Assembly (NCBI GenBank): GCA_032718475.1
Contig: JAUCBJ010000807.1
Coordinates: forward strand, 1,703-65,702
From: Nemertoderma westbladi
Lineage: Eukaryota; Animalia; Xenacoelomorpha
Length of the DNA: 64,000 bases
Direction: 5' to 3'
Below, piece after piece: positions 34,591 to 47,915 of the stretch. Made by a program: the position numbers and the translations under genes. The notes beneath the pieces are model-generated. The model had not been told where the DNA came from. It made no database searches and saw only the letters and a list, made by a program, of their open reading frames with translations. Positions within the stretch are counted from its first letter, which is position 1. Each line of letters begins with the position of its first letter.

Positions 34591-36380
34591 TATATCAACA
34601 AATGCTTGCAACGGTAGAGTATATCGCTCCCTGATACCAAGATCATCTTGTCATAGCTGCTATATGAGTTTATCAATATTATAATTAGTTATAATTAGGC
34701 TAGCGGGCGTCGCTGCCTACCCCTCATGGCCCCCGGACAGCGCAAGATCCTCAGCGCTGATGTACTGTCGCCGCTGTGCCTATCGCCAACATAGTAGCTG
34801 CACAACGACAACAACAACCAGCGCGAGTCACTCCACTGTCCGTCCCAAGGGCTTAGATTTACTTCAGGTTCTTACTGCAGAGGTAGAGCTACTTTCACAA
34901 CTGCGACTCGCTACTGTAAACACACTTTAGTAGTAACATTCACCTATAAACGCACAAATTCCACACAACTGTCACAAACCGCACACATTCGGGCCATTTG
35001 TCCATTAGTCAAGTGCCTTCCAGAATGCCACGTTATTATTAGGTATCCTTGGATACTAACAGTGTGCTATTTATTCCTTATGCTATTCAATGGGGCAAGC
35101 TATTATTGTTCTTTTAACTCGCTTCTAATTCTAGCATGGTTGTTGCTATGGTGACATTATGGAAAGCTAGCAGTAGAATTAGGGTAATTCTCATGCATAC
35201 AGATCTGGGATGCTATTTAATAGTAATTCTTTAATTGTCAATATTCCCCTTTATACATGATTTTATGAATTTTATCGGCTATTGACTATATATTGGAGAT
35301 TCTCGCACACTAATATACTTAATAGGGTGAATCTCCGCTCCCATGATCTATTAATTAATGGAATTTTGGGAATGTTATAAACGATTGACAATTTATGACA
35401 ATTATGACGTTATGACAATTTATCAAATTCATTAAAAGATATGAATTTAAATTTATTCCCATAAATTTTATTATTTAATATTAAATAGACACAATTTTAT
35501 TCCAGAGCATGTCTGGGGACTAGGATCCTAAATTCTGGGAAATTTGTCCTTTTAAGAGTATCGGTAAGTGCTACGATATCTTAATCGACTAGAATTTTAA
35601 AGGATCTGAAATTTAACAGATTTTAATTTATAGATTTTCTAGAGTTAACTTGTAAGTATTTACTCTATCGTATTTGTTTGACAAATTTTATAAATATTAA
35701 TAGTTAATATTTAAGATGGGCACCGGTTTATTCCAGAACATGTCTGGGGACGTTAACCACTGATTCTAGAATTTTGTCTTTCAAGTATATCGGTGGGTGC
35801 CGCGATATCTTAATCGACTAGAATTACAGATGGTCAAAGGGTTTAACAGATTTATTTTGCGTTTTACGCTACTGTTAAAAGGACATCACGCTACTATATG
35901 TATTATTTAATATACGGTATGAGAGCAATATTGCAAGAAGCAATGTCAGTGAGAAGAGGCAAGTCGTTTCCAAGGTCTACCCAGAGCTTGGTTTAGCCGA
36001 GACACGAGGATCTGAATTTTGCATTCCTAATACTCTACTTACCAATAATACTGGAATATAGTAGGAGCTTTATTGTACTTTAAGAAGTACAGACATTTCA
36101 TCTTACTGTAGTCACGCATTTATAATGTAATACGGACAGTAAGGAAAGAGAAAAATAATTATTTCTCGCCGTTGCACTAAATCTATATAATATAAGTAAT
36201 TAAGTAATAAACGCGAATATATATGGCACTAATTCTACTACATAATCGCTAAAATAACATTCTACTAAATAAAAATTAAAGAAAACGATTATTATAAAAT
36301 TACATAATAATATATACCTAAATATAAAAATAATAAAACGAATTTAAAATGATATAGTCACACACCCACTCCAGACGTCG

Positions 36381-39300
36381 TTACGTTGGGGAGTCCCTGG
36401 ATGTTTGTTGGATTAGGGAGGTGGTCGTGGGAAGAGTATCTTGCCTTCCATAGTTTCCGGAGAGTTCTCTGTCTCTTTCCAGTAAACATAAACGACCAAC
36501 TGGGCGATTGAGCTGCTGCATCTCGAAGACAATTCCCGGTTTCTTAAAGTTACGTCGCATGACGACGAGTTCTACCGATCGCACCAAACCATCATCAGAG
36601 ATGAGTCTCGATGATACGACCTGTCTGCCACCGCTTACGTGGAAGATCTGATTCCACAATAAGGACCATGTCTCCGGCGCTGACGTTTTCTTGCTGCGCA
36701 AACCACTTGGTTCGAAGTTGTAGCGTAGGCAGATAATGTTTTTCGAAATGGTCAGCGAAACGACGGGATAACAACTGCATAAGTTGCCAAGTTTGTCGGC
36801 AGTATTCGTCCCCGTCCGTGATTTCCGATCGTGGGAGCATGGCTACAGGTTTCTTCAGTAGGAAATGCGCGGGTGTTAGCGCTTCCAGGGAATCGGGACT
36901 CGATGAGACTGGCATAAGCGGTCTCTCGTTGAGATAGGCGGCGATTTCCTCCATTAACGTCCGCAAAAGTTCGTCGGTGAGATACGCTCGGCACGGCACT
37001 ATAAAGTGAAATGCGGTCTTCACGCTCCTGATTAATCTCTCCCAACTTCCTCCCCACCAAGGGGCGTCGGCGGCGTTAAAGGTCCAGCTAGACGCTGTTA
37101 CCCTTAGCTGATCGTCCACCTGTCTTTGGTTCCAATCTTGGATGTAAGCCTTGATTTCATTGTTGGCACCAATGAAGTTCGTTCCCTTATCAGATCTCAT
37201 CGTATTACTAGTTCCAAAGCGAGCGATCTGTCGGCGTAAGCTCAGTATGAAGCTGTTGGTAGACAGATCATTCACCATATCGAGATGGATAGCTCTACAA
37301 GTCATACAGACAAAGATAACACACCATCTCTTGACTATAGTCCTAGCACGATATACTTCAATAAGGCCAAATAAATCCACACCGGTATTTGTGAAGGGTG
37401 GTTCATAGAAGCTTACTCGTTCCCTAGGTAATTCTGCCTCTTGCTGTGTTAAAGGCCTACTGAATGCTTTCCTACAGGGTATACAGTTCCTAAGAACTTG
37501 GTTCAGAGCTCTACGGGGTTTATGAAAATAATAGCGAGTTCGAATTTCGCTAAGAACTCGTTCTCTACCAGCATGGTAAAGCTTACTGTGAACATCTACA
37601 ATCATCTTTGTATTTCAAGATTTCTAATGAGTATGGGAAACTTAGTGTCAAAGGATAATGGAGCATTAGTTAGTCTTCCTCCAACGCGTATTAACCCATC
37701 TATCATTGTGCTAGAGAAACGATCCCTTAAGCGCATCTGTGGATTTCTCAACAACAGGAAATACTTATCGGAATCCTCATAGCATTGCAGGAGTCTCAGT
37801 ATCTGCTTATTGGTTTCTTCATGCTCCTGGTAACTGATCTTCTCCTTCAGAAATCTTTCTGATATCTTGTATTTGGGAAGATCTTTAACAACATGGACCT
37901 GCGCAGATGTCAGTGGAGCGGTATCACTAGCGATCTCCGTCCTGGAGTAGTGAAGATGAAAACATCGCTTTAAATAAGCAACGGCCTTACAAAGCCGATT
38001 CCAGGAGCTATAGTGATGTATCGCTCTCTGCAGGAGAGGTGAGAGTCCTTGCGAGACGTCTGGTGTTCCAGATTTCCAATCTCTCTCTCTGATTTCCACA
38101 ACAGACTTATTTGTGGCTGGGGATTTTGGATCCAAAGCGTCGTCTCCGGAAGTGTGTAGTACAGACAGATCTATCACGGGTTTAAATAACTTCGATTTAC
38201 TCGCCCGGGTTTTAGGTTTGACTTTCTCCGCTCCCTTGGCTTGTCTAATCTCAGCCGTGGTAAGATGAGGAGGCCATTCATCCTCTTCCTTGCTTAGGAA
38301 GTCGGGTCCACCTAACCAGTCTGGAGTATCTATCAGTTCTTGTGGAGTGGCTCCTCTGGAGGCAATGTCGGCTGGATTAATCGTCCCAGGGCAATGTCTC
38401 CATTGGTCTATCTTCGTGCGACTAAGTATAATGGCTACTCTGTTGGTAACGAAGACGCTGAACTGACAAACTTCATTGGTTATATACTCCAACACGAGTA
38501 AAGCATCGGTCCAATAGATAGTTTTCTCCAGTGGATAGTCGATCTGTTCTGTTACATTCCGGCCGATGGCTGTAGCGTATAGAGCCGCTTTTAACTCCGC
38601 CCGAGGAACTTTCAACTTGTTGTTTATCAAGGCCTTAGAGGTAACCAAGGCGACCTTAATTCCATCCAGAGTTTCAACCCTCAGGTAGGCTACTATACCT
38701 ATTCCCATATCGCTGGCGTCTCCAAATACATGGAGTTGATAGGAATACGTGGGGAGAACGTGACCAAAATAAGAACGGGAAATCGTAAAATTCTTGATGG
38801 ATGGTAGAGAATCTTCCCATTTCATCCACTTCTTTAATAGTTCTCCCTTAAGTGGATCGTCCCATGAGTGGTTTTCAAGCCACATTTGTTGTACTAAACT
38901 CTGAGCAATCAATATAACTGGGCTAATAAATCCCAATGGATCGAAATAAGTGCTCAGGATACTTAGACAAATCCGTTTAGTCCGAACTGGATTATCTCGC
39001 TGCTTTAGCTGGAAAAACAGGATATCTCTCTCTGTGTCCCATTTCAAACCAAGCGTCTTGGTTTCTGGAAGATCGTCCTTGATAAGGTCTAGATCTTTAA
39101 CTCCTCAGTCTTCTACCGGGATCGATTCCAGAAACTCACGGGAGTTGCTGGTGAATTTAGTTAATCGAAATCCCCCTCTTTTCAAGCACTCTACCATTCC
39201 CTTGGCGACATCAATGGCTTCTTCCACCGATGGGAGGGACTTTAAATTGTCGTCCATATATATATCCCGTTTGATGTTGTCAATAACCTCTTTAGAGAAG

Positions 39301-41340
39301 GCGTCCCGGTTGTCATCAGCAGTGGTGCGCACTACTGAGCAGGCGTTTGAGGGGCTCGAGATGATCCCAAAAGCCTGGATGGTCATCCAGTACTCCACCG
39401 GTTTCTGGTTGAGGTCTCCTTCCAGCCACCACAGAAATTGTAGGCTGTCTCAATCCCTGTCCAGCGCTTTAACTTGTAAGAACATGCCTTCTATATCCGA
39501 GGCAAAGGCGATCGAATATTGTTGTAATCTTAAGAGTATTCCCAACAAGGATTGGAGTAAGTTGGGTCCCGGCAACAACTCCGAGTTAAGTGATTGGCCC
39601 ATGTAAAGGGCGGAGCCGTCAAATACTACCCGAACTTCGTTGGGTTTACCGGGTTTGGGAACGTAATGATGGGTTAAATAGTACGTTCTCTCAGTTATGG
39701 GTGTTTCTTCCGGTACTCGCTCCGCATATCCCTTATTTATGAATTTCTTCAGCTGTGTCTTGTACATCTCTTTAGCTGAAGCATTTGCCGTAAGGCGTCG
39801 ATGTAATTGCGCAATTCTTTTCTCCGCCAAGGGTCGGTTGTTTATAAAATTAGGTTCTCGCTTTCGAAATGGCAGACCAATTTCATACCTCCCTTGATCT
39901 CTAAGGAAACATGTAGTCGTTGCCTGGATCTGCTTGGCTCTTTCTTCTTCTACCGATAGGGCCTTATCGTAGGAATTGGGCTCTACAGCCTCTTGAGTAA
40001 AGAATCGTACGGCGTGTTCATCGCGAGTCTTCGCGTTGTAACGATCTATCACTTCATTCAGTTCGTCGTTGTAATCGACTTGTCCCGCTGGATGGATGAG
40101 GTGACATAGGTTCACTTGGTTTTGCCAAGTTTCATTTTCCGTAAGGAGGTCGATGGTATTCTCCTCGTCGAATAGTTGGTGGATATCGTCATTATCTGAG
40201 GAGTATGTTGTTCCCTCAGGTGTATCGTATCCCTCACTGATCTCCTCTTCCCATTCACTCACCTGGTAGACTCGATCTTTGGGTAGCCTTTCCATGAGAG
40301 TTCGACGGGAGGGTCCAGTAAAGTACCAACCCACTCTAGTTCTTCCCGCATAGGTTTGCAGTGGTTGCGGTTGAGCAGGCCGTTTCTCCAATGTCTCAAG
40401 CGCTTCATGCACATTTTGGCTGATGAGTATTTGTACTCCAGGGTAGTCTGTGTTGAATCTAGGTATCTCATGCTGCTGGGTGAAATCGTCCTCATCTGAG
40501 TTATAAGGTTCCACTTGGCTGGTAGCAAAGTTCTTTATCGCCACCATCTTTACTGACCTTATACTGTGTTCTCCTAGTTCATCCTGGGGGGTGGACAACG
40601 CGCCTACATAGTAGTCGGTAGTTACTGTAGATTTCCAAACCTGCATAATTCCTGAAAGGTTCAACTTAGTTCGGAACTTGGGTTGTCCAGCAAAGATGTC
40701 TTCGGCTAGTTCTTTGTCGATGAATGTTCCTGTGCTGCCGGAGTCAAGGAGGGCGTTCACTATATAGCTCTTTTCTGACCCGTGGACTCTCAACTGCACT
40801 ACGGGAAATTCTCGGATTCCTATGTTGGAAGTTGGTGCTTTCCAAGATGGTTGTCGGTCAGGAATAGTTAGGGGGAGCTCACTATCGGTTTCCTTCTCAT
40901 AAGTAAGTGCTCGATACACTGCGGTGTTTATTAGGTAACAGGATTCGTTTTCGTCGGAGAATTCATCCGTGTAGAATCCTTCCATCTCAGAACTTTGGTC
41001 AGTGTCGTTCACATCACTGAATTGGACATGTAGTTCGGACTCACTTACCTGACTCGGGCTGTTTCTTTCGAATTCAGTGTGCAACAAGACGAGATGTTTC
41101 GCGCCGCACTTAGCACACCTTGCATCGGAGTAACAGGTTCGCCGTTGGTGTCCTTGTCTGAGACAATTATAACACAACCGCTTATCCCACATGACTTCGC
41201 GTCTATCTATTTCTTTAAGAATTCCTCACACACACTTAAACGGTGGGGCCCGTCGCACAATGCACATTTTGGTTTGATGTTACTTACTTTACCTTGGGTA
41301 GTGTTGTGCACACTCGTTCTTTCCTCGGGCTTTCTTCCAT
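36381..41340 (-). pseudogene. BEL/Pao pol of element 1 (gag CCHC end, protease, RT, RNase H, integrase), frameshifted
   Basis: CYNCLRQGHQRRTC, ALLDSGS, VRVVFDGS, YMDD, LHVFGDAS, WTDA, HCPGTINPADIASRG, GVDLFG, SDKGTNF, WERLIRSVK. Confidence 0.93.
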
Positions 41341-41357
41341 GAATTCTCTTAGGAGAC

Positions 41358-41592
41358 GTAAAAAAAGCAAACAGTCGGCCGAAGCCGGAGGCGACCCGAA
41401 GGCTCCTCTTTCGATAGCTGCTACCCGAGGGTAGGGGTGGGCGCTACTCCTATCCCAAGATTTGCTCGCAGTTATTTAACTGGTACTCATTTCATCGACC
41501 CCAATGGATGAAAGGCTGAGTGGACCCTGGCGGGGCTGAACCTACAACCAATAGATTGCAGGCCCGGCGCTCAACCAACTGAGCTACCCCGC
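41358..41592 (-). mobile_element. tRNA-derived SINE with a Nin/Deu-domain-like core, inserted in gag
   Basis: 10-bp TSD cttaggagac (41348-41357 and 41593-41602); A box tagctcagttgg; degenerate B box ggttcagccc; core ctcagcctttcatcc...ggtcgatgaaatgagtaccag. Confidence 0.88.
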
Positions 41593-41602
41593 CTTAGGAG
41601 AC

Positions 41603-44600
41603 ATAGGAGGAGTTTTTGTTATCTGTTCTCTCCTGTCACTAGTTCGAGACTTAAATTTACTTACGTCCTTAGGCGCTTTGTTGACATAGTAAGATCTTTC
41701 GGTGTCTTGCCCGTTGTTCTCCTCTTGAGAGGCCTGGCTTTCGCCATCGTCTGTATAACACACTGATGTTACCTTTCTCCTAGAAACGGGTTTCTCACTT
41801 ACCTTATTTTCCGGTGTCTTCTCTCTGGACTGCTTTAGGAGCTGTAATTTTACCTCTCCATCCAAGAATGACATGAGATCAGCCATGGTAGGGTCTCTTC
41901 GTTGTTGTTCCATCATATATAGAACTCTTTTGTCCCAACGAGTACCCACTCCACCCTTTGGTAAGGTAGATGCTACAGCTCCAATAACCATAGAACTCTG
42001 ATATTCATGAGACTTACCTAGCCAATCTAATTGTCTACAAATCTCCTGGATCTCATCGGAAAATTCTATAATCCCGCTGCTAATGAACTTTCGGGGCGCT
42101 ACCAATTTTGCATACAAATACCTAGCTATGTTATTCCTATTACCATACCTGATGTTTAGTGTATCCCAAACTTGTCTTAATCCATCTGGATGTCAAATAA
42201 ACTTTAACGCCATTAACTTGGGAGATCCTTCCAAGCACTCGATGAGGCATCTAAGTTTCTCTCCATTAGATAGCACATAGTTTTGTATGTTATCTTTATA
42301 ATATTCATTAAAAGGTAACCATTTCATCTCATCTCCGTTAAACTTGACGATCTCTCCCACCTTTACCGCTTGACGGGCTTCGGTTCTAGCCATTTGACGT
42401 GTAAAACTTTCTTGGGCCATCGTATTATTTAATATCGAGTTATCGGTATATAAATTTCTCGGATTATTATCAGGTCTATATGAAATACCATTATCAACAG
42501 GTTTATCGCGACCCTTAATAGGGTATACTATAGGAGTTTCTACTTCACTAGCAGTATAGATGCGTGTAGGCTCCACACCTTGCGCATGAAATACTTCAGA
42601 CCTAACAGGTTGACACATTGTTACAGAGGGTGGTGGTATACCCTTTTGTAGATTTACTAACTTATCGCGTTCTAACGCGATACTCTGCTGCACTTCCTGC
42701 AATTCTAACCTACTCTCTCTTACTGTTCCCCTTAACTGTTGAACAGTCCCCTCCAACTCTCGGACCTGCTGGGAGGAGCGTGCTTGATTCTCCTCCATCT
42801 GCCCGAGGAGAATATCCATCCCCAGCCGTCGCTCATCCACCCACTCTACCGCCAAAGCGGGAGCCGCCAACATAGTAGCGGGTAGACGAGGGACGACGGG
42901 CGATAAATCGTTAATGTCTCGCTCGGCGTCCAGGACTGGAATTGACTCTGAAACATTCCTACTGGTTACAGGTAGTTTAGTACTGTGCAAAGGGAATTTG
43001 GAGTTAGGTTCTGGAAGTACAGGGGTCTCTATCACAGAAGGGGTGGCTTCGAGAACAGGCCTAATTATTTCAGGCTCATCTTCTATAGTAGGGAGTCTTT
43101 TTACTCTAATAATTTGGTCTGTGGGTTCTGTACTACCTAAGTCTGTGCTAGCTAGTTGCCTTCTCACAGCTGGGGGCAAATTAGGCAATTTCTGACGGTG
43201 GGGCGTTCTTCTACGCCTGCTGAGACGAGATCTATTTCCTCCGCCTTCAGGATCTGTTGTATCGCCTTCATCAGATGATGTAAATCCCTGTCTCTTGGGA
43301 GTAGATCAACTTATCATCTGCCACTGACTAGCTGTTCTCTGTTTATCTATGTAGTCTTGCTTCTCTTGAAGATTTTCCAACTCTAGTTGGGTGGTCTCTT
43401 CAGACGCCCTCCGTTCTGCTTCTGCCACTGCCTCTGCCGCTTTTCTTTCCGCTTCTGCAGCTGCTCGCTTGCGTCCTTCTGGGCTCCTCCCCGAGGCGCA
43501 CCCACGAGGCGGATGCTGTCCCACCACCCCTGGGGCCAGTCTGACTCCATTTTTATCAGACCGGGCCGGAGGGTAGCCCGATGCTTCCCGGGTTCAATTT
43601 TCAATCCCCCGATCACACCGGCACAGCTCGTCGGTGTAGCCAGATGGTCGGCTACTGTCAACTTACTGTGGCCTGACTGTACATTGAGCCAACTCAGAGA
43701 GTCAACCGGCGGGTGGACCAGTCGATAGCGATCGAGCATCAAGGTCGCCCTTGAGCCAAACCGACGGTCTTGTCCCAAGTGGGCTTGCGCTACCCACATG
43801 GAATATTGACACGTTTTCACCCGCCTCGCCGACAGTATTGAGGGGAAGTTGGTTGTGCAAACAATACTGACTAGCTCGAAAGCTAGGACACAAGCTAACC
43901 ACTTACCAGTCACTGTACACGTGTACTCAACAGATGCTCACAAAATCAAGTACACAACGGTAAACACAAAATCGGACACATACCATGCACACACAGAGGA
44001 CATAATCGGGAAAGACAAATCGGTGACAAAATTAGAGGGGACAAAATTGTATCGACTGATAAAAAGTCGAGAGTACCTTATTTTGCCATCAGGGCAAAAT
44101 AACTTTGTGTGCACAAAGTATGCTGGGGCGCAGTAAAGATATGGTCCTACTAATAACCAGCGGCGTCTAGACCAACCGGCAAGGTTTCCCACACTCACTC
44201 GCAGTGGCCATACACACACTCACGTATACCACGTACCCACAGCAACAGAAAGCTCAAGCAAACTGCCACTGATCGTCCACACACAAACCACAGATTCCAG
44301 AGTATCTTTCACTCGGACCACACTACCACCATCCCCTCCTTGCAGCGGATATTCCGGGTGCTACCTCCATTCCAATAGTAGTACCAACAGAATCCTGAAG
44401 CCAGAATCAGAATCCTGCCCATTCCGATGCAACACCTCCATTCCAATAGTGCTACCCTGGGAAAAGACACGTTTCGGCAACCGATCGGAGACAGCAAAGA
44501 GTCTGGTCAACTCATACATACCAAACATAGACCTACCACATAAACCACAGATCACACTAAGCCACCACCCCTACTGTGTACAGGACTGGCAGTACGGCAA

Positions 44601-46124
44601 CAGGCCGACTAGACGGTACCACGGCACCATGATGATTCATGGTTCGTAAGACACGAGGGCCTTCAGTAACTCCCTTGCACTATAGAAAGGATTTAACGTG
44701 CCCCCAGACCCTCACGAGTCCGCCGCCGCCTGTTAAAGGCACCCCTATAGAGACCTCACCTCTTTAGGTACCTTTCTTTCCGCTTCTGCCTCTTTTCTTT
44801 CCGCTTCTGCTGCTGCCATTGCCGCTTTCCTTTCCACTTCTGCCGCTTTTCTTTCCGCTTCTGCCGCTTTTCTTTCAGCCTCTGCCTCTGCCGCTGCCGG
44901 TGCCGCTTTTCTTTCAACTTCTGCCGCTGCCGCTGCTGCTATCTTTCTGTCTTCTATATGTTTTTTCTTTACCTGTTCTTCTTGCACCCTAGCGATGCGG
45001 ATGCTTTCATCAAATTTAGCTTGGTTCGCAGCTAACATTTCCGCATCTATTGCGTCCAACACAAACTTGGCTCCTTCACTATTAGGACGAAGTCCAGCCA
45101 GCCGTCTCCTCAACTCTTAGTCACCTAGAAATCGTTGATAGTCCGACAGATAGATGTCAATAGCGTCCTTCTTCTGAGGTTTCTCTGCTGTCGCTTCGCT
45201 TTCCACTTGAGAAGAGGTAGCGTCTGTTGATTCTCCGTGGGTTGAGCGCTCAGCCAGCTGAAATTTCCACTGGGCCGTTCCTTGAACTTTGAGACCCACC
45301 CGCTGGAACCAAGTCTTTACGGCAACTTGCAACGACGTGTCTTGGCTTCTTTTCGAAGCTTCCTCAAAGGCCGATAGGATTAGTCTGATTCTTAGAATTC
45401 TTTCTCGAACTTGATAAAGCAGCTCTCCCTGCTCTTGAGGTCCTTTGGGTTGTTGAAACAGTTGTTCCTCTAATCGCTCCAGAGAGCTGAAGAATCCCTG
45501 TACATATCCTGCTGCCGACCTCTTCCACACAGCTGGATCTCTAGTGTCCCTTACCACTCCCATCCTGTATAAGTCCTCCCAGGCAGCTTCCGATAAGTTA
45601 AACGGGAGTCCGGGTCCGGGGAAATTCCATTGCGTCTCGACAATAGACTTCAGTTCCTCCTTCGTGTATCCCGCATAACTGTCCTTGGTCGATCGCTTAC
45701 TTCTCGCCCAATCCATTTGATGTTCCTCCATCGCAATCAATACTCTAGTGAGTACGGCTTCAGGAAGAATGAGAAGTGGATCCGAATAAACTGCATCTGC
45801 CATCTTTGCTACGCGCTCGGGTGTCAACTCTACAGTATCTGAACTACTGGAGCTATCGGGCCGCTGAGAAATAAGTTCTCGGCTCGGGTGTTGCTGCTGT
45901 TTAACAGCTGCTTCTTGGTCCCGCTTGACTTGAGCCCGAGTGCCTATGATAGACCTACGGTGTTTGACTAGCCTAGGATCTGATACTACTACTACTGGAG
46001 GGATGACCTTTCTTACAGTAGGAGGTGAGTTGAACTTCGGTCTCAAACGTTCCGCACTCCTATCTGGATCACAGATGGTTGTATCTAGGAGACTGTCTGA
46101 CAGGTTTTGCTTTGTGTCAGACAT
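41603..46124 (-). pseudogene. BEL/Pao gag of element 1, interrupted
   Basis: KFNGDEMKWLPF...EKLRCLIECLEG core, AAEAERK coiled-coil repeats, premature stops; homologous to 62767-64000. Confidence 0.85.
43465..44771. mobile_element. Unclassified ~1.3 kb insertion in the gag AAEAERK repeat
   Basis: Absent from the sister gag at ~63100-63250; no recognisable protein. Confidence 0.7.
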
Positions 46125-47196
46125 GTTTGTTTGTACAGTTGAATGCCTACTGCTATAACTACAGTTAAAGCAAGTCTAGTAATTCAGTATCAACTGTTAG
46201 CCTAGTAATTAATTACCGATATCGTTACTCTAAGTAACGTGATATATATACAATATATTAAAATACCGGTATACACTTATAGTATATATATAAGTATTAT
46301 TACAGACTAGGTTTGTCACAGAATACCGGTATATAATTTCAGCGCAAATATATATAAATATATAATAAGCCTACTGTGAATACCAGTATACAGTTCCACT
46401 TATAGTATATATAAGTATAATTATAGACTAAAATTAATTACAGAATACCGGTATATAATTTCAGCTTAAATTTATAGAAATAAATATAATAAGCCTATCG
46501 TAAATACCGGTATGTCAATTATTTTATAATAACTGAATTTCTGAATTTTAGGGTTACTTTACGTTACTTTATTACCGTTATTTAAGCAGTAGTCCAACTG
46601 ATATTAAGACCTAATTGATGAATGACAGGCCTACTATTTTATAAATCGGTTTGAGTTGATTTATAATATATATACCCGTATAATGGGTTTTTGTCAATGT
46701 TTGAAATAAATGTTATTATTTCTAGGTAAGGAGTCACTACACAGAAGCTAGACGCTCTCAGTGGAGTGCTACTTATTGTATTGGACACTAAAACAAATAA
46801 TTCTAATTTACTAAGTTACTTATTACTACAAATTACGTACAATTACGGGGTGAGATTACAATCTCTAAATAAACACAAAAGTTACACGTACAAATTTTAG
46901 GGTAACTTTACAAGAAATCTGCAAACCAGCCTAACAAGGGGTTAGAATTTCTGGTTATTACAAACGGACAGGATACTACGGTATTTGAAAATAATAAAGC
47001 AGTAGTAAATATATTGCGTTGTCCAGATAGGAAAATACCACCGTCTGACGACTTATAGTCTCTAGCTTTACAGCTCTATAAGTACTACGTTATGTACCCG
47101 GAGTGTTCCTACCTAGAAGTTAATTACCGCAGCCAACCATAGCTAATGTGCCTATTAACCACTTTACAACACAAATATACTGCCTACACACTAATT

Positions 47197-47915
47197 ACAG
47201 CAACTGACACATGTAGGGTCTATGAAATAGCATTCATTTCACTCCAAAACCACTATAATGTAAGTCGCAATTGTTATATATAACGGGTCCCTCTTACCTT
47301 CAGTATATCAAGAAGATTGGGGTTTTATGATTATTTATCGATATTCTCCAAATATAACAACATATTCATCAACTGATAACAATTAATAACCGACAGTAAA
47401 TAGCAGTAAAATAATGCGGTGAAAGGTATATATAGTATGATTATTGAGTGTTGCGTTTTGGTTTGATAACAGTTATACGTTCCTATAATCAAAGCCTACT
47501 AATGTTTGGCTAAAGTCTGAAACACAGAATAATTCCAAAGCCGATGTTCCAGGGCTCAGGAAAAGGTAAACAAAGACCGTAATGCATTGCGCGATCTTCC
47601 GTAGGCTTCTGTACAAGATAAAATGAAAATCGCTCTGATTGGTCGAGCGAGCCGAACAAAGAAAGCCAAAAAGCTCCACATCGACATATCAGCTGGTAGA
47701 TGTCGTCATCTGAACTACACTGTATTAAGAGTATTTTGACGCATTGCGGCATAAAATGGCTTGTTATGTCCGCTAAAGTACACATACAGAATAATGGCTT
47801 TTTATGTCCGCTAAAACACCTACACAGTAAGAAAAATGGCTTTTTATGTCCACTAAAATACCTACACAGTACTTTGCGGGGAAAATGACTAGCTATATCC
47901 GCAAAAGCTTTTACA
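47197..47915 (-). repeat. 5' LTR segment of element 1
   Basis: Near identical to 32315-33041 apart from a short block near 47425-47470. Confidence 0.88.

Larger units (their letters stand above)
31846..47915 (-). mobile_element. BEL/Pao LTR retrotransposon, element 1 (disrupted)
   Basis: Order gag-PR-RT-RH-IN; direct repeats 32315-33041 and 47197-47915 both begin TGTAAAAG on the minus strand. Confidence 0.92.

Noticed and set aside
41520-41592. Possible tRNA gene
   Set aside because: Degenerate B box, and it is fused to a SINE core with a TSD, so it is a SINE head.
43455-43535. HDV-like ribozyme candidate on the minus strand (atcc gcctcgt gggt)
   Set aside because: P1 needs several wobbles and a mismatch, the first L3 base is non-consensus, and P2 relies on flanking gag sequence.
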